From Saccostrea echinata (taxonomy: Eukaryota): a stretch of DNA of 64,000 nt. Location: the NCBI RefSeq assembly GCF_033153115.1, contig NW_026889763.1:13454001-13518000 (forward strand), written 5' to 3'. The notes under the pieces were generated by a model, which saw only the letters and a program-made list of their open reading frames with translations, made no database searches and was not told where the DNA came from. How positions within the stretch are numbered: the stretch's first letter is position 1; every line of letters starts with the position of its first letter. The position numbers and the translations under genes are program-made. Positions 62,824 to 64,000 of this stretch are shown piece by piece.

Positions 62824-63903
62824 CTGGATGAGTGACTAGTTTAAAGGTTTTAGATAAGTCCATTCCCAAGTAACTGCAAGTCCTATCAGACCAAAATTGC
62901 ATAAATGTTTCATCTAGGGATGCACACTACTAGATTATTAGTTTATTGTGGGACTTTGCCTTACTTGAAGACAACATTCGTTGAGGTGAGCTCTGTAATC
63001 TCTGTATACCTATGTTTTGTTTACTGGGAGGATCTTTTAGTGAGGTTTATAATTTTATGTCCAGGACTATCGAGGACAGACAGAAGACACTAGGATAAGT
63101 AGTAATGTGACGAATGGAACAATGATTCGGAGGTTTAATCATCACTCAACAATGGTGCTAAAGGCTTGTGCAAAAGGATCACAAAGTGCTGAGAACTCAA
63201 GTCAGAAAGACAATGCTTCACAGCGGAGTAATACTCAAAATGGCAGTGATGCTCCAAAGGTGAATGGAGTGGCCAGAGAAGAATCTGGGCCAGGTACCAG
63301 TAAAGCCTACTGGGAACCAGCTGTGAAAAAACAAAGACTTCAGGAAAAAATTCATATGGATGATCTAAAGGACACAAGTAGTAAAAAGAATGTGAATCTT
63401 CAATTACATAAGATGGAGGGATATTTACATGGGCCAACACCAGTCACTGTGTCTCGATATACAACAAGTGAGGATCTCGTTCATGCATCAGAGTCAGTGA
63501 TGCGTGACGTCCATCACTGGTCGTCTGATCTCTCAAATGTAGGTCAATTGTATTTTTCTCATATGTCAGTCTTTAAAAAAATAACTGACTGCATGTTTGA
63601 TTATATATTTAAATATCAATTGCATTTAAAAATGAAACTGTTACAATGGTTTTAATCAGTGAGGTGACTATGGATGCTTATTTAGAGGGTGGTGTTTAAT
63701 GGTCATTTTAGAACTGGGCATGTAGCATGTACCCAGTTTTTCTTTGCTGTGAAATAGTTCATATTGAGCCTTTACATTGTGACCATCTGTAGAGGTGTTT
63801 TTTATTATTTAGGTACTTCAGGGGTCCCGGGCCATTGTGATACTCAGTGAATTATCACCAGGAGGGGCATTAATGAAAGGAACAAGTCATCAACAGCTGA
63901 ATC
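54164..63903 (+). CDS. GTF2H1: General transcription factor IIH subunit 1 (p62), 3'-partial
   Basis: Exons 54164-54317, 54583-54784 (GC donor), 55233-55323, 57138-57200, 57815-57908, 58029-58178, 60786-60865, 63065-63538, 63813-63903. PH domain ([12 protein letters not shown]...[18 protein letters not shown]...[19 protein letters not shown]), BSD domains ([20 protein letters not shown]; [20 protein letters not shown]), [12 protein letters not shown] and ELSPGGALM. Confidence 0.96.
56562..57115 (+). mobile_element. Dispersed repeat with terminal palindrome, family D copy 2
   Basis: Near-identical to 52691-53256, same orientation. Confidence 0.85.
57378..57549. mobile_element. Possible Tigger-like MITE
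   Basis: tatagtgaaac...ttataa and ttataa...gttcactata inverted ends with internal ttcgttata-like repeats. Confidence 0.4.
58595..60692 (+). mobile_element. HINE (non-autonomous Helentron) carrying a 167-bp satellite array
   Basis: 5' agctcacctgag..ctcaagtgagct, (gtcc)n, about 10 tandem 167-bp units (register 58934, 59101, 59268...), 3' ctcaggtgagc plus hairpin ggcccatgggcc. Confidence 0.9.
60915..63015 (+). mobile_element. Older HINE-like element interrupted by the 61260 insertion
   Basis: Head tagctcacctcaatgaa, tail ttcgttgaggtgagct; internal ccaagtaact..aagtcctat..gaccaaa repeats on both sides of the nested copy. Confidence 0.6.
61260..62823 (+). mobile_element. HINE carrying a 166-bp satellite array
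   Basis: Same termini as the 58595 element; about 7 units with 166-bp period (61595, 61761...). Confidence 0.9.
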
Positions 63904-64000
63904 GTGAGTAAAGAAAACTTGATTATATAGTAGAATATTGAGGCATGATGGGTCTTAGATATTTTTCAGGACTTACATGTTTATTCAGCATTGAGATAGA

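Overview
AT-rich eukaryotic genomic DNA with spliceosomal introns. The repeat content (Helentron-associated elements carrying 166/167-bp satellite arrays, Penelope-like RT remnants, a tRNA-derived SINE) points to a bivalve, most likely an oyster; that assignment is inference. Five multi-exon genes can be built by hand from splice sites and reading-frame phase. (1) PHRF1 (+, RING-PHD-RS-SRI, 5' end outside the window). (2) A 594-aa type-I receptor joining signal peptide, about 5 EGF repeats, a TM helix and an IL-1R-type TIR domain (+). (3) A 520-aa orphan single-pass protein with a tiny ectodomain and a tyrosine-motif-rich tail, resembling a transmembrane adaptor (+). (4) PIFO/pitchfork (-). 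(5) GTF2H1/TFIIH p62 (+, head-to-head with PIFO, one GC-AG intron, 3' end outside the window). The best candidate for an undescribed system is the tandem EGF-TIR receptor plus adaptor-like gene. A second highlight is a set of one-ended-palindrome elements, one family of which shows flip/flop loop isomers. There is one 140-N assembly gap. Homology calls come from recalled sequences, not from searches.
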